The notes under the pieces are model-generated. The model did no database searches. It had not been told where the DNA came from and saw nothing but the letters and a program-made list of their open reading frames with translations. Below are positions 51,725-64,000 of a DNA stretch of 64,000 nt, in pieces. Position numbers and translations under genes: made by a program. The DNA is from Antedon mediterranea (taxonomy: Eukaryota; Animalia; Echinodermata): assembly GCF_964355755.1 (NCBI RefSeq), contig NC_092672.1, forward strand, positions 3,596,001 through 3,660,000. Reading direction: 5' to 3'. The first letter of the stretch is position 1; each line of letters starts with the position of its first letter.

Positions 51725-54700
51725 TTAAAAACTAATGAATGAAAATAAATGTTTATAAAATGTAATATTTCTTATTGCACACTTTTCAGACACGTGACGA
51801 ATGTCGTCAGCTGATAGATTGCAATCAATCATGCGAAGCACCCTCAGCTTAGGACACATAATGAGAAATGAAGACATTGTATTAACATCAATGTTGTGAA
51901 GGTTACTATCAAGGATATCGAGATGACGTAATGCTAATTGAACTTGTTTGAGAGAACATTCTGATACAAAGTCATGAAATACATCACGTGATAGATTCTC
52001 AATCTCAACACCGTCACATTTATCGTCAATGCCTAAAATGTGTGCAATAACTCTTCCCTTTCGCTTCAATGCCATCTTACTACAAAAGGCACTGACACTA
52101 CGATCATAATATTGCATACAATACAATTGCATAATTAGACGTATGAAATGCCCGTCACATTGTACACCTGGACTAATGTAATCAATAAACATTCTTATGG
52201 AGGTAGATATATCATCCAAATGATTATTTATTTCTAAATCTTTGCTTGTCATGTAATTAATTAATATATTTACCACAGCATCTTTATGTTCTTTTTTAAC
52301 AAAGTTTAAATTTCTCAACAGATAGCGATATTTTGACAAACTATTTGTAACCCAGTGCTTGAGGAAACCGCCAGCTTTATCACCAAGGAAACCAATTGCA
52401 AACTCTGTCGCTCTGTATAAATGCTCACTCTCTCGTATCACCTCCCACTCATCATCATTCAATGGTGTAAGTAATGTTCGTACATCTGAGCACTCATTCT
52501 CAATACCTTCACTTTCACATAATTTGCACAAGTAAAATCCCACCAATGACTCTACTATCAATTTGTGAGGAGGCATATAAATATTATCAAATTTAGATTT
52601 TGAAATTGGCGCTTCTTCGTAGACGAACCCGAGTTTTAAGGCCATATCAACCATAGCTTTGTTCGAATGTTTAGTCAAATCCGTTTTGTTTATTGAAAGT
52701 TGGTTTACTTTTAAGCTATCATACATAAATTTCCCTAATAAAATCATAGCATTTACATACTTCGCTGGTGTTTTTTCAAATTCAGAAATCTTTGGTATAT
52801 TTTCTTGTTTGTTGAACTGATTCAAAATACTACGAAAGAGTTCTTTGAAGAGGTCAGTTTTATTTTCGGGGAGACTTTGATTATCTTCCCACAATATACA
52901 GAGTGAAAGAAGTAGCATCGGGTTTTTGCACATTGCATACGCTTCAGGATGTTTTCGATCGTCCTCCTTCGACCACAACCACGTAGGCCTAACTGTTTCA
53001 AGACGCGTGTCAATATCTAATTCCTTTTTAAGGGATTTTCCCAATTGTGGTTCTTCAAAATACTCAAAATGTTTGTCAATGTATTTTCCTATGCTCTCGT
53101 CATTAAATCCCTTAACCCTTACATGTACGTTACTCTCTTTTACAAATTCGTCTATGCTTTCTGATCGTGAAGTAAGTATCACTGTACTTTTCTCTAAATA
53201 CTTATTTCTGAACAGACTAATTACGCTTGGATTATTAAATCTCAATTCATCTAACCCATCTAACAACAACACTAGGTTGTCTTCATGGGTCATTAGAACA
53301 TTTTGAAATGGCACTTTTTTAATAATTTGTGTACACCTACTGAAATCTTTCATATCAATTTCCTTTACAATCATATCCAAGATGTCGTCATCTTGTTCTA
53401 AATCTCTTAAACTTAAAAGAAATACAATTTTACCTTTAAATACTTTAATTGATTGCCCAGTAGCCCAATTGTATGATAAATGCCTTAATATGGTAGATTT
53501 ACCTATCCCACCCTCGCCCTCTATAAGAGCTCTACATCCAGGTGTGGAGCTGATAACATCTACCACTTCTGTTAATGTTGTTGGTTTACTTCCTTTATTG
53601 TTTTCACGTTTTTTCAGTAGTTCCATATCGGTAAACATCTGTGAAATGTCAACTGTGTATCTACCATGCATTGTTGCTGGTGTAAATTTACTGGCCTGTC
53701 TACACAATTTCTTTTGTCTTTGAAGCAGGTATTCTTTAATTTTTTCTAATGGAAAAAAAAAAAAAAAAAAAAAAAATGTCAAGAAAGATATTTGATTTAA
53801 GTTAATTTTAATTTAGAATGCCTACAATTTCCTCCGTGAGCGGCCACCTCCGTTAACGGCCGCACTTTCAAAGCCCGCTTGTTCTTCCTATTTAATTAGT
53901 GCATTTTGGTACCTCCCGTAAACGGCCGCGGCCACTGTTTTTTCACTAAAAATGAATTTTTTTTTTGTATGGTAAATTACCTCCCGTACACGGCCACCCG
54001 AAAAATTCCTATTTACTTTTGACAAAAATACAATTTTGATAATTATATATTGTGCCCTATATATTATTATTAGCTTTATTTCAAAGCGGTTTTTAAAAAC
54101 ATTTCTGTGAAGAACATTCCTGTGTTTTTTAGATGAGATGAGAAAACTACACAGATTTTGACCGACCATTTTCATATGATAAAAGCTTTTAAAATTTGTC
54201 TGAAAATCATAAATAATACTAAACCACCTGATTATAAACAATAAAATACAATTAATAGTTGGAGAATTTAGAGACTCGTTGCGTTAAGAACGCCGAAAAA
54301 TATCGTGCATAGCCATAATACGTGATTTTGGCCTTCTATCCGCGGCAGAACCTCTTGTAAGCGGTCACCTCCCGTAAACGGCCTCTTTTCCCGGTCCCGA
54401 GGGTGGCCTCTTCCTTACGAGAGGTTCAACTGTAATACAAATTGTCTAGTGGTTAAATTAAAGCCGAAGTACTGTACACCCAAGTAAATTATATAGAGGA
54501 CGAAAAACTCAATATATTCAATCAAAAAGGAAGAAAACTGAAACTACTGGATCCGCACCGATCTTTTATAGTCGTTATGTAGCAATCCACCGATTATAGT
54601 AAACTTCATATGTCGGTGTAAAGCGGATATTCTACATTAACGATTTCAAGACATTAGCGGTTGTGTGTGACGCATGAATTAATTTTTTTTTGTAGGTGAA

Positions 54701-57183
54701 TTAAAAGTTAAATTGTAGTATAAGAAATTAAAGATTTTTCAGGTAGGCCTATATATCAGTATTAGCCTACAACTTTTGCTTATACGACAGCAATAACAAA
54801 TAATATTGACATATATTATGCATTTAAGTTATTAGGTTAAAAGGCCATTTGTTACGGAGGACGTTTATGATTGAAACTAAACTCACAAATATCTACGTCA
54901 TAATTACATTCATTATTGATCATGATCCACAATATTGTATGCCAAATGACATAAATGTGCATTATAGGCCCTAATTATTTTAGATTATAGAGGGCGGAAA
55001 ACAAAATATATCATTAATCAGAACGAAACTTTAAAATGTGTTTGAGTTAATATGATTGTAACTACAGTACATCAGCATGAAATAGTACGGTCAATTACTA
55101 TTTTTGAATTTGATTACAAAATTGTTTTATGGAGACATTTTATTTTCAAATTAATTATGATTAAATGAGCAAAATTAAAGTAAGACAATGTGATTTTGTT
55201 TGGTAAACATTTCTTCAAACATAAATTATATATCTATCTAAACCCATCAAACTAAGTTTTACTTAATATACTTTCTAAATAGGAAATTTTTTTTTTGTGA
55301 TATTAATTTTTTAAATACTATATTATTATTAATGCGTACATATAACTGAAGTAACTCACTTGAATCTGATTTTTTCAAGCCCAATCTTTCGAGAACGATA
55401 ACAAACCAAGATTTTCTGTTTCCTCGTGAGGCAGAGTCATTATATTCTCTTCGCTTTCCTTGTTCTTCTTGAGTCGTCGACACTTCCTCATCTGTTTAAG
55501 GAAAAATAACTAATTCTATCTTTTCTGAATATATTTTTTTTGGAAAACATTATTAATATTATTACATTGCCGATTATCAATTGATCCATTAGGCATTATT
55601 TTTACTAAATTAAACTATTTATGTTTTTTCAGAGCTAGATAATATGATTGTTGTTAATGCATAAGAATGTTTTATTGTTACAGAAATTTCGTTTTTCCAT
55701 TGATTGTAGTATAGGCGGAATTATAGAGGGCGGCAAACACAATTTTTAATCCATCAGGTGTTGTCTAAATATGCTCAACAGAGGGCAGCAAACAGAAAAA
55801 TAAACATTTTCATACATAACACCGTGTATTAAAATACTAATAAAACATAAATATTTACTCTGAAAATCTAACTTTTTAGTAGACCTATTTTTATTTGTAT
55901 TCAGAGATTCTCAAAGAATAATAATATGTGTAATATGAGTCTTACTTATTATGAAGTTAACAACATTTTTTTAAATAATGAAGCTTCCTAATTATTATTT
56001 CGTCCTACATGTGGTCAGGATTGGAATTAAATATCAAACAAGATTTTGTTTAAATATTATTCTGAAGCAACTAACCTGTTTCTGATTTACCCTCTTTTCG
56101 AATTCCTTGTTTTTCATTACTACTGGTTGCCGCTTGCCCTGTTTAAATAATAAAATAATAAGAATAAGAACAAAAAAAAAATAAAAATACTTACTTATTC
56201 TACCTTAAAAAACTACCGATTGAGAGCAAAATTATACTTATTAGTAACTAACCTGTTTCTGATTTAACTCCTTTTCGCATTGCTTGTTCATCATTACTAC
56301 TGGTTGCCACTTGCCCTGTTTAATAAATGACAGTATAAAACCTGAATTTATGCTACAATGATATTCTATACCGGTACTTCTTTAAAAATATCAATTATTT
56401 CATTAATTGAACACAAATATTTTTCATTGTATATACAAAATAATAATAATTAACATAACAAAACAACAGTTTTAACATGCACTTTCAGTCGGCGGACATG
56501 GATTTAATGTTGTCAGACTGTTTTTAAATTTCTTTTTACCAAATTAATGTTGTTTAGGCTTTTCGCACTAACATACCTTCAGTCAGAGGTGTTAATTTTG
56601 ATTCCAGTCCAACTTGTCTTAAATTGTTAATGAATTCTTCAATTTTCTCTTCACAGATTATTTTTCTCTGTTCCAAATCCAGAATCATACTCCAGGCATC
56701 TTTATAATTCTTTAACGCACTACCATTGTACAATGCATCGATTCTGTCCACATCAGTCTGTCTAAGTCCATTTCCGAAAGCTACAATTTGTAGTCGATAT
56801 CGAGTGAACTTATTAATTTCTTGAACTTCGAGAAAAGATTGTTTGAGACGATCGATGACACCAAACTGTTCAGTTACTTTTATTGTATCGTATAACAATA
56901 TACGATTTTCGGAACTTAAACGTCCATTTGCCCTTAATTCCTGTAGTAAGTGTATTGTGTTGGTGGCGCTGTCTATGTTCGTTACTGCAATCAAATCTTG
57001 GTACAAAACTTTCAGCATTGTGACGAGATTACGTTCATCATACCAAGTTGAAACATTTACTAAATCTAGATCAAAATCTATAAAAAAAAAATAGTAAGAA
57101 CAGAAAAACAAATAAGACAACGATTTGAATAACTTGCCGTTACTAAAAAAACACACGCTTATTTTGTTGTTACCTGTTGCCAT
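51725..57183 (-). CDS. NLR-type receptor, tandem DED-like domains + NACHT + very short LRR (predicted 929 aa); exons 57183-57174, 57077-56577, 56315-56253, 56138-56076, 55491-55360, 53745-51725
   Basis: All introns are GT-AG phase 1; exons sum to 2790 nt in frame. Walker A GEGGIGKST, Walker B LLLLDGLDE, sensor-1 ILTSR, CKNPMLL, winged-helix PPHKLIVESL; about two LxxLxL repeats at the C-terminus. The DED call rests on two ~80-aa helical repeats. Confidence 0.9.
53825..54432. mobile_element. Tc1/mariner-pogo-type MITE in the last NLR intron
   Basis: Right end GAGAGGTTCAACTG|TA, degenerate left end TA|CAATTTCCTCC, and repeated subterminal ACCTCCCGTAAACGGCC motifs. Confidence 0.6.
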
Positions 57184-57661
57184 GTTGTCGATTTTCTGTT
57201 TTCATTTCTGAAAAATATAAATTCTAAAATTAGGATAATATAAAATGTTGTGTAATGAACAATCTAGCGTGGAATCCAAAGTCAAATATGACTTTTCAAT
57301 AATTTATTACAATCAGACATTGTAACATGTATTGCTAATCGGATTTTCATCGGGTGACGTCAAACTATACCAAAGCCTATTTAAAAGATATGAAAGAGCG
57401 AGAGAATCTGGGAAGGTACACTCTCTTTATTTAATAATACAACATAAAAATGTGCTCTCAGGATAATCAAATCATTGAAGTTAAACGTTTTTCATTCATT
57501 TAATAGTTTTATTTGTAATATTTTTAATAGAATTTTAAAATGAACATGAACTACTGACAATGTTTGTATCCAGCTTGCTGGATGGACTACTTAGATATCT
57601 TATTAACAACATTTCACAATCAGATAAAATATACCTGTTTTACATTGTGCTCCTGTCGTCT

Positions 57662-57935
57662 ACGCCTTCATCGCATCTATCAACTAATACGCCTTAATCG
57701 CATCTATCAACTAATACGCCTTAATCGCATCTATCAACGAATACGCCTTAATCGCATCTATCAACGAATACGCCTTAATCGCATCTATCAACGAATACGC
57801 CTTAATCGCATTTATCAACGAATACGCCTTAATCGCATCTATCAACTAATACGCCTTAACCGCATCTATTAACGAATACGCCTTAATCGCATCTATCAAC
57901 TAATACGCCTTAATCGCATCTATCAACTAATACGC
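57662..57935. repeat. 27-bp minisatellite, ~10 copies, upstream of the NLR start
   Basis: Unit ACGCCTTAATCGCATCTATCAAC(T/G)AAT. Confidence 0.95.
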
Positions 57936-57977
57936 TGTAACGATAAGAACCAATGCAAGTAATATACTAATGGTAAT

Positions 57978-60900
57978 ACTAGACATGAAACTCGTCACTT
58001 TGACGAGTTAGTTATCCGCACCACGACAAACGCCACGTGCACGTCTTACGTTGGAATATTGCACACAGATAAAGATTATGGCATTATGACAAGAACTGAA
58101 GAATATGATATGCTGTTAGTGCTGAATTCTGTCAATTTTGTGTCATATAGTATATACATGCAAACAGTATAATCTGTATACATATTACATACAGTGTAGA
58201 ATAGGTGAAATTACGGGACCCGCCATTTATTCCAATTTTTAACATGGCGACGGTATCAAAATGAAACACTTAGATAGCAATTTCAGAAGGAAATTATCTC
58301 AGGAACAACATATTAACGTGTAGAAGAAATTTGAATACGTAAAATATAGATGCGCACCCTTTTAAATGTGATGAACTATTACGCAAAATATGAAAATACG
58401 ACTTTTTTTATTCAACTGGCCATATGATGACGTCACAACATCCGATTGGCAAAATGTTTACATGAATTCGTATCTACAATCCAATAGCTTCCATAAAACG
58501 TTTTAATCGTGATTATCACATTTTATTCTTACGAGCTATTACAGATTAAAATTTACTGTAAAGATGAAATTAATGACCCACGTAATTAAAATTTTTAGGC
58601 ATGATGACGTCATAAAAATTAAAATATTTTTATCTCATGCTAAAGAAAGTTGATTGACCTACACAATATATAAATGTAGGAGAAAAAGAAACACAGATAA
58701 GCGTGATGCGCTCCATTGAATGTGATGAGCAATAACGAAAGAGACAAAAATCCTATATTTTACATTCGTGTGGCCATACGATGACGTCACAATGTTTTTT
58801 TAGCCTTATCGATGCATGATCCGATATCTACAACTCATCAACTTCTAGATTTTGTAATAAAAATAAACGGTTCACGGTTTACTTTAGAAACTATGACTGT
58901 TTAAAAAAAGACATAATTTTGACGATTTTTTAAGCTTTTTCATAAAAAACGCGCATGAAATGTTTAATTCAACGTGTTCGTATGGCGTTATTTAAATTGG
59001 AAAAAGTCTAAATTGTTTTCATAATTACTAGGAAAGGCTTGAAAAATATGATTCAAGGGAAAAAAATATGTTTTTAACGCTACGTGCGCACCGCGTGCGT
59101 AAAAAATTGCGCGCCCGTGGGAATTTTTGACATGCTCAAAATGACAAGAAACGCATAAAAAGTTGATTAGAAATTAATTTTGCGCATTTTGAAATTTTAA
59201 ATGCGCGTGCACGCTTAACTTCTTGTGAAACATGCCATTTTTAATCCGTAGAAAGTTTGCCCCTGATATGACTTAAATTTTGTCAAAGTGTCAATACTAA
59301 ATGACTTTTAGTTTTTAATCTATGATCAATCATTGAAATTCATAAAATTGCGCGTAAGTTACGTTGCGCAACTATGACGTCATTCAAAAATAGGAGGTGC
59401 ACAACTTCACGTAAATGCCCATATGTTGTCAAAGTTATGAAATGTTATGTTTACACATTTTAGAGAAACGCGATCCACAAAAAGGAAGGATGGAAAGAAG
59501 AACTAGACATGAAACTCGTCACTTTGACGAGTTAGTTATCCGCACGACAAACGCCACGCGCACGTCATACGTTGGAATTTTGCACACGGAAAAAGATTAT
59601 AACATTATGACCTGAACTGAAGAATATCATATGCTGTTAGTGCTGAATTCTGTCAATTTTGTGTCATATAGTATATACAGTGCAAACGGTATAATCTGTA
59701 TACATGTTACATACAGTGTAGAATAGGTGAAATTACGGGTCCCGCCGTTTATACTTATTTTTAACACGGCTTCGGTATCAAAATGAAACACTAAGATAGC
59801 AATTTCGGAAGGAAATTATCTCAGCAACAACATATTAACGTGTGGAAGAAATTTGAATACGTAAAATATAGATGCGCGCCCTTTTAAATGTGATGAACTA
59901 TTACGCAAAATATGAAAATACGACTTTTTTTATTCAACTGGCCATATGATGACGTCACAACATCCGATTGGCAAAATGTTTACATGAATTCGTATCTACA
60001 ATCCAATAGCTTCCTGAAAACGTTTTAATCATGATTATCACGTTTTATTCTGACGAGCTATAACAGATTGAAATTTACTGTAAAGATGAAAATAAGTGAC
60101 CCACGTTATTTTCATTTTTAGACATGATGACGTCATAACAATTAAAATATTTTAACTCATGCGAAAGATAGTTGATTGACCTAGATAATATAAAAATCGG
60201 GGTGAAAATGGAAAACAGATAATTGGAGATGCGCTTTATTAAATGTGATGAGCTATGATGAAAGATACAAAAATTCTATTTTTTATATTCGCATGGCCAT
60301 ACGATGTCGTCACAATGTCCGGTAAGCCGTATTGATGCATGATACATGATCAACAACTCATCATCTTCCAAAATACGTAATAAAAATAACTTTTACCGTT
60401 TAGTTTAGAAACTACGACTGTTTAAAAAAAGGTATAATTTTGACAAATTTTGACAAATTTTTGAACTTTTTCATCAAAAACGCACATAAATTATCCAATT
60501 CGACGTGCCCGTATGACGTAATTTGAAGTCGAAATTGTTTAAAAGTTGGTAAAATTACTAGAAAAGGCTGAAAAAACATAAATCACGAGAAAAAATCTGT
60601 TTTTAACGGTACGTGTGCTCCGCGCGCGTAAAAATTTGCGCGCGCCTGGGAATTTTTGACATGCTCAAAATGACATGAAACGCGTAGAAAGTTGATTAGA
60701 AATTAATTTTGAGCATTTTGAAATTTTAAATGCGCGTACGCGCGTAACTTTTGGTAAACCACGCATTTTTTTTTCAACAAAAAGTTAGCGCATGATTTAA
60801 ATTAAACTTTTGCAAAGTTTCAATTTAAAATGTTATTTGGTTTTTGACCTATGTTAAATAGGTGAAATTCATAAAATCGCGCGTAAGTCATGTTGCGCAA

Positions 60901-63032
60901 CTCTGACATAATTTAAAAATAGGAGGTGCACAACTTCACGTGAATGCCCTCATGCTGACAAAGTTATAACATGTTATGTTTACAAGTTTTTGAGATACGT
61001 GAGACACAAAAATGGGGGAGAAGGAAAGAAAAAAAAAAAGTAACAGGACAGTTACAAGGAGTTATCCGCTCAATGCGGATAACTAACTAGACATGAAACT
61101 CGTCACTTTGACGAGTTAGTTATCCGCTCGACAAACGCCACGTGCACGTCATACGTTAGAATATTGCACACAGAAAAATATTAAGGCATTATGACCTGAA
61201 CTGAAGAATATGATATGCTGTTAGTGCTGAATTCTGTCAATTTTGTGTCATATAGTATATACATGCAAACAGTATAATCTGTATACATATTACATACAGT
61301 GTAGAATAGGTGAAATTACGGGACCCGCCATTTATTCCAATTTTTAACATGGCGACGGTATCAAAATGAAACACTTAGATAGCAATTTCAGAAGGAAATT
61401 ATCTCAGGAACAACATATTAACGTGTAGAAGAAATTTGAATACGTAAAATATAGATGCGCGCCCTTTTAAATGTGATGAACTATTACGCAAAATATGAAA
61501 ATACGTCTTTTTTTATTCAACTGGCCATATGATGACGTCCCAACATCCGATTGGCAAAATGTTTACATGAATTCGTATCTACAATCCAATAGCTTCCAGA
61601 AAACGTTTTAATCGTGATTATCACATTTTATTCTGATGAGCTATAACAGATTAAAATTTACTGTAAAGATAAATATAAGTGACCCACGTTATTTATATTT
61701 TTAGACATTATGACGTCATAAAAATAAAAAAATGTTTACTCTTGCGTAAGATAGTTGATTGACCTAGAAAATTTCAAAATCTGGGTTAAAATGGAATACG
61801 GATAAGTGGAGAGGCGCTCTATTAAATGAGATGCGCTATGACGAAAGATACAAAAATCCTATATTTTATATTCGCGTGGCCATACGATGACGTCACAATG
61901 TCCGGTTTGCCATATCAATGCATGATTCCTTATCTACAACTTATCATCTTCCTGGATATGTAATTTAAACAAAGTTCACCTCGTAGTTTAGAATCTATGA
62001 TTGTTTAAAAAAAGGTATAATTTTGACAAATGTTTGAACTTTTTCCTCAAAAACGCACATAAATTATCCAATTCGACGTGCCCGTATGACGTAATTTGAA
62101 GTCGAAATTGTTTCAAAGTTGGTAAAATTACTATAAAAGGCTTGAAAACATAAATCACGAGAGAAAAATGGTTTTCAACGCTACGTTCGCACCGCGCGCG
62201 TAAAAAAAAGCGCGCGCGTGGGAATTTTTTACATGCTTAAAATGACATGAAACACGTAGAAAGTTGATTAGAAATTGATTTTTCGCATTTTGAATTTTAA
62301 ATTAGCGTGCGCGCGTAACTTTGTGTAAAACACGCAATTTTTTATCCACAGAAAGTTAGCGCATGATATAAATTAAACTTTTGCTAAGTTTCAATTTAAA
62401 TTGTTATATGGTTTTAAATCTATGTTAAATACGCGAAATTCATAAAATTGTGCGTAAGTCACGTTGCGCATTTCTGACGTCATTCACAATAGGAGGTGCA
62501 CAACTTCACGTGAATGCCCATATGTTGACAAAGTTATGAAATGTTATGTTTACACGTTTTTTAGATACGCGAGACACAAAAATAGAGGAGAAATGCGCGT
62601 GCGCGCGTAACGTCTTGTAAAACATGCCATTTTTAATCCACAAAAAGTTTTCCCTTGATGTGACTTAAATTTTCACAAAGTGTCAAAACAAATTTATGCT
62701 TGGTTTTTAGTCTATGATCAATCATAAAAAATCATAAAATCGCACGTAAGTCACGTTGCGCAACTCTGACGTCATTCAAAAATAGGAGGTGCACAACTTC
62801 ACGTAAATGCCCATATGTTGACAAAGTAATGAAATGTTATGTTTACAAGTTTTTGAGATACGCGAGACACAAAAATGAGGGAGAAAGAAATAAGAAAAAA
62901 AAAAAAAAAAAGTAACAGGACGATTACAAGCAGTTATCCGCTACTAAGCGGATAACTAATAATACAGAAAAAAACTGTTGATCTCATACAATAACAAGGA
63001 GTTATCCGCTTGGTATACCAAGCGGATAACTA
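57978..63032 (+). mobile_element. Three head-to-tail ~1.5-1.9-kb non-autonomous Helentron-like (HINE) elements
   Basis: Units start ACTAGACATGAAACTCGTCACTTTGACGAGTTAGTTATCCGC at 57978, 59502, 61086. 5' palindrome plus AGTTATCCGC subterminal repeat; 3' hairpins AGTTATCCGC-loop-GCGGATAACT at ~61060, ~62932, ~63000; no TSD. Confidence 0.75.
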
Positions 63033-63749
63033 ATTATTATTTCAATTTTTATATGCTACTCACGGTTTTTAACGGTGACGTCATCTGCTATCTGGTAGAG
63101 TGAACAGTTTCCTTAACTCAATCGTCTTGGTTCACAGCTTTGCTTTATTCTTTACAGCTTCTTCTGATTGGACAATGATAATGCAGTGTACCACTCATGC
63201 GTCGATGATATTACACTTTCGGTGTTGAGTCCCACTATTTAGGCAAAGCAAAACTTAGTCTGTAGTAAGTGATGAGCTACAGCAGCTTGCCATGAAAGCT
63301 GAGGAACGAATGAGCTAAATCACGAGTTATATCCAGGTATAGATAGACAAGGCGTTGTGCTGGTTACGAGCAAAATATGACCAAAGGTTACATTTATACC
63401 TGACGTAATATTGTTTGAATATAATAGATAATCACTCACTGAATAAATAACATGTTATCTTTTAGTAGGCCAAATGCACCATTGTATGACTGAGGCCTGC
63501 ACGCAGTCAGTTATATTGATCCCCCACTTCTATCCCATCACACAATCACAACTACAGTATATTCCTGGTGTTAGACTCAATTTGTTCAGTTTTACTTATT
63601 TGGAAGGAATAACATAGCACACATATAAGTATTTTAATCGAAAAACATCCAAATTTGTATTCATTTGTCTGCAAAACGTTGTAACAAAAGTAATAATGTA
63701 GATTGTTGTACAATAAATATATATTACTCGTACAGAAAGATGCATTTAA

Positions 63750-63924
63750 TTAGTTATCCGCTTGGTATACCAAGCGGATAACTCCTTGTGATTGTATGAG
63801 ATCAACAGTTTTTTTCTGTATTATTAGTTATCCGCTTAGTAGCGGATAACTCCTTGTAATCGTCCTGTTACTTTTTTTTTTTGGTTATCCGCTCTTGGCG
63901 GATAACCTCTTGTTATTGTCAGGA

Positions 63925-63958
<34 letters not shown>

Positions 63959-64000
63959 CTATGTTATTCTTCTTTCTTTCCCAAAATTTTGTGTCACGTG
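63750..64000 (-). mobile_element. 3' ends of oppositely oriented copies of the same Helentron-like family, running off the window
   Basis: 63750-63880 is the reverse complement of ~62900-63032 (two stacked hairpin ends), followed by a third hairpin GGTTATCCGC-TCTTG-GCGGATAACC. Confidence 0.75.

Overview
AT-rich, intron-containing eukaryotic DNA, probably a marine invertebrate (the DED-DED-NACHT receptors and TAGGCCTA-rich tracts suggest an echinoderm; inference only). The host framework is a tandem cluster of minus-strand NLR-type immune genes: a complete six-coding-exon DED-DED-NACHT-short-LRR gene at 51725-57183 and the 5' half of a close paralogue at 1030-2387. The roughly 49 kb between them is mostly nested mobile DNA. 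It includes an intact pogo (DD35D + PHD) transposon whose right TIR is split by a MULE-type MITE, and a 31.9-kb IS3EU-like giant transposon (11730-43619; ~310-350-bp TIRs, TAT..ATA ends, 6-bp TSD GTTTTC) carrying a decayed rve-type transposase and a convergent, spliced HECT-ligase-like gene. Nested in that giant element are MULE-like foldbacks, a young 3.3-kb element with a Penelope-like inverted+direct terminal repeat layout and a retained intron, and a 12.1-kb fold-back element whose arms are inverted 97-bp satellite arrays. The rest holds a decayed CR1/L2-group LINE, an intron-containing HELLS/LSH pseudogene fragment, minisatellites and tandem Helentron-like elements. All calls come from reading the sequence by eye; no searches were run, so family assignments need confirmation.
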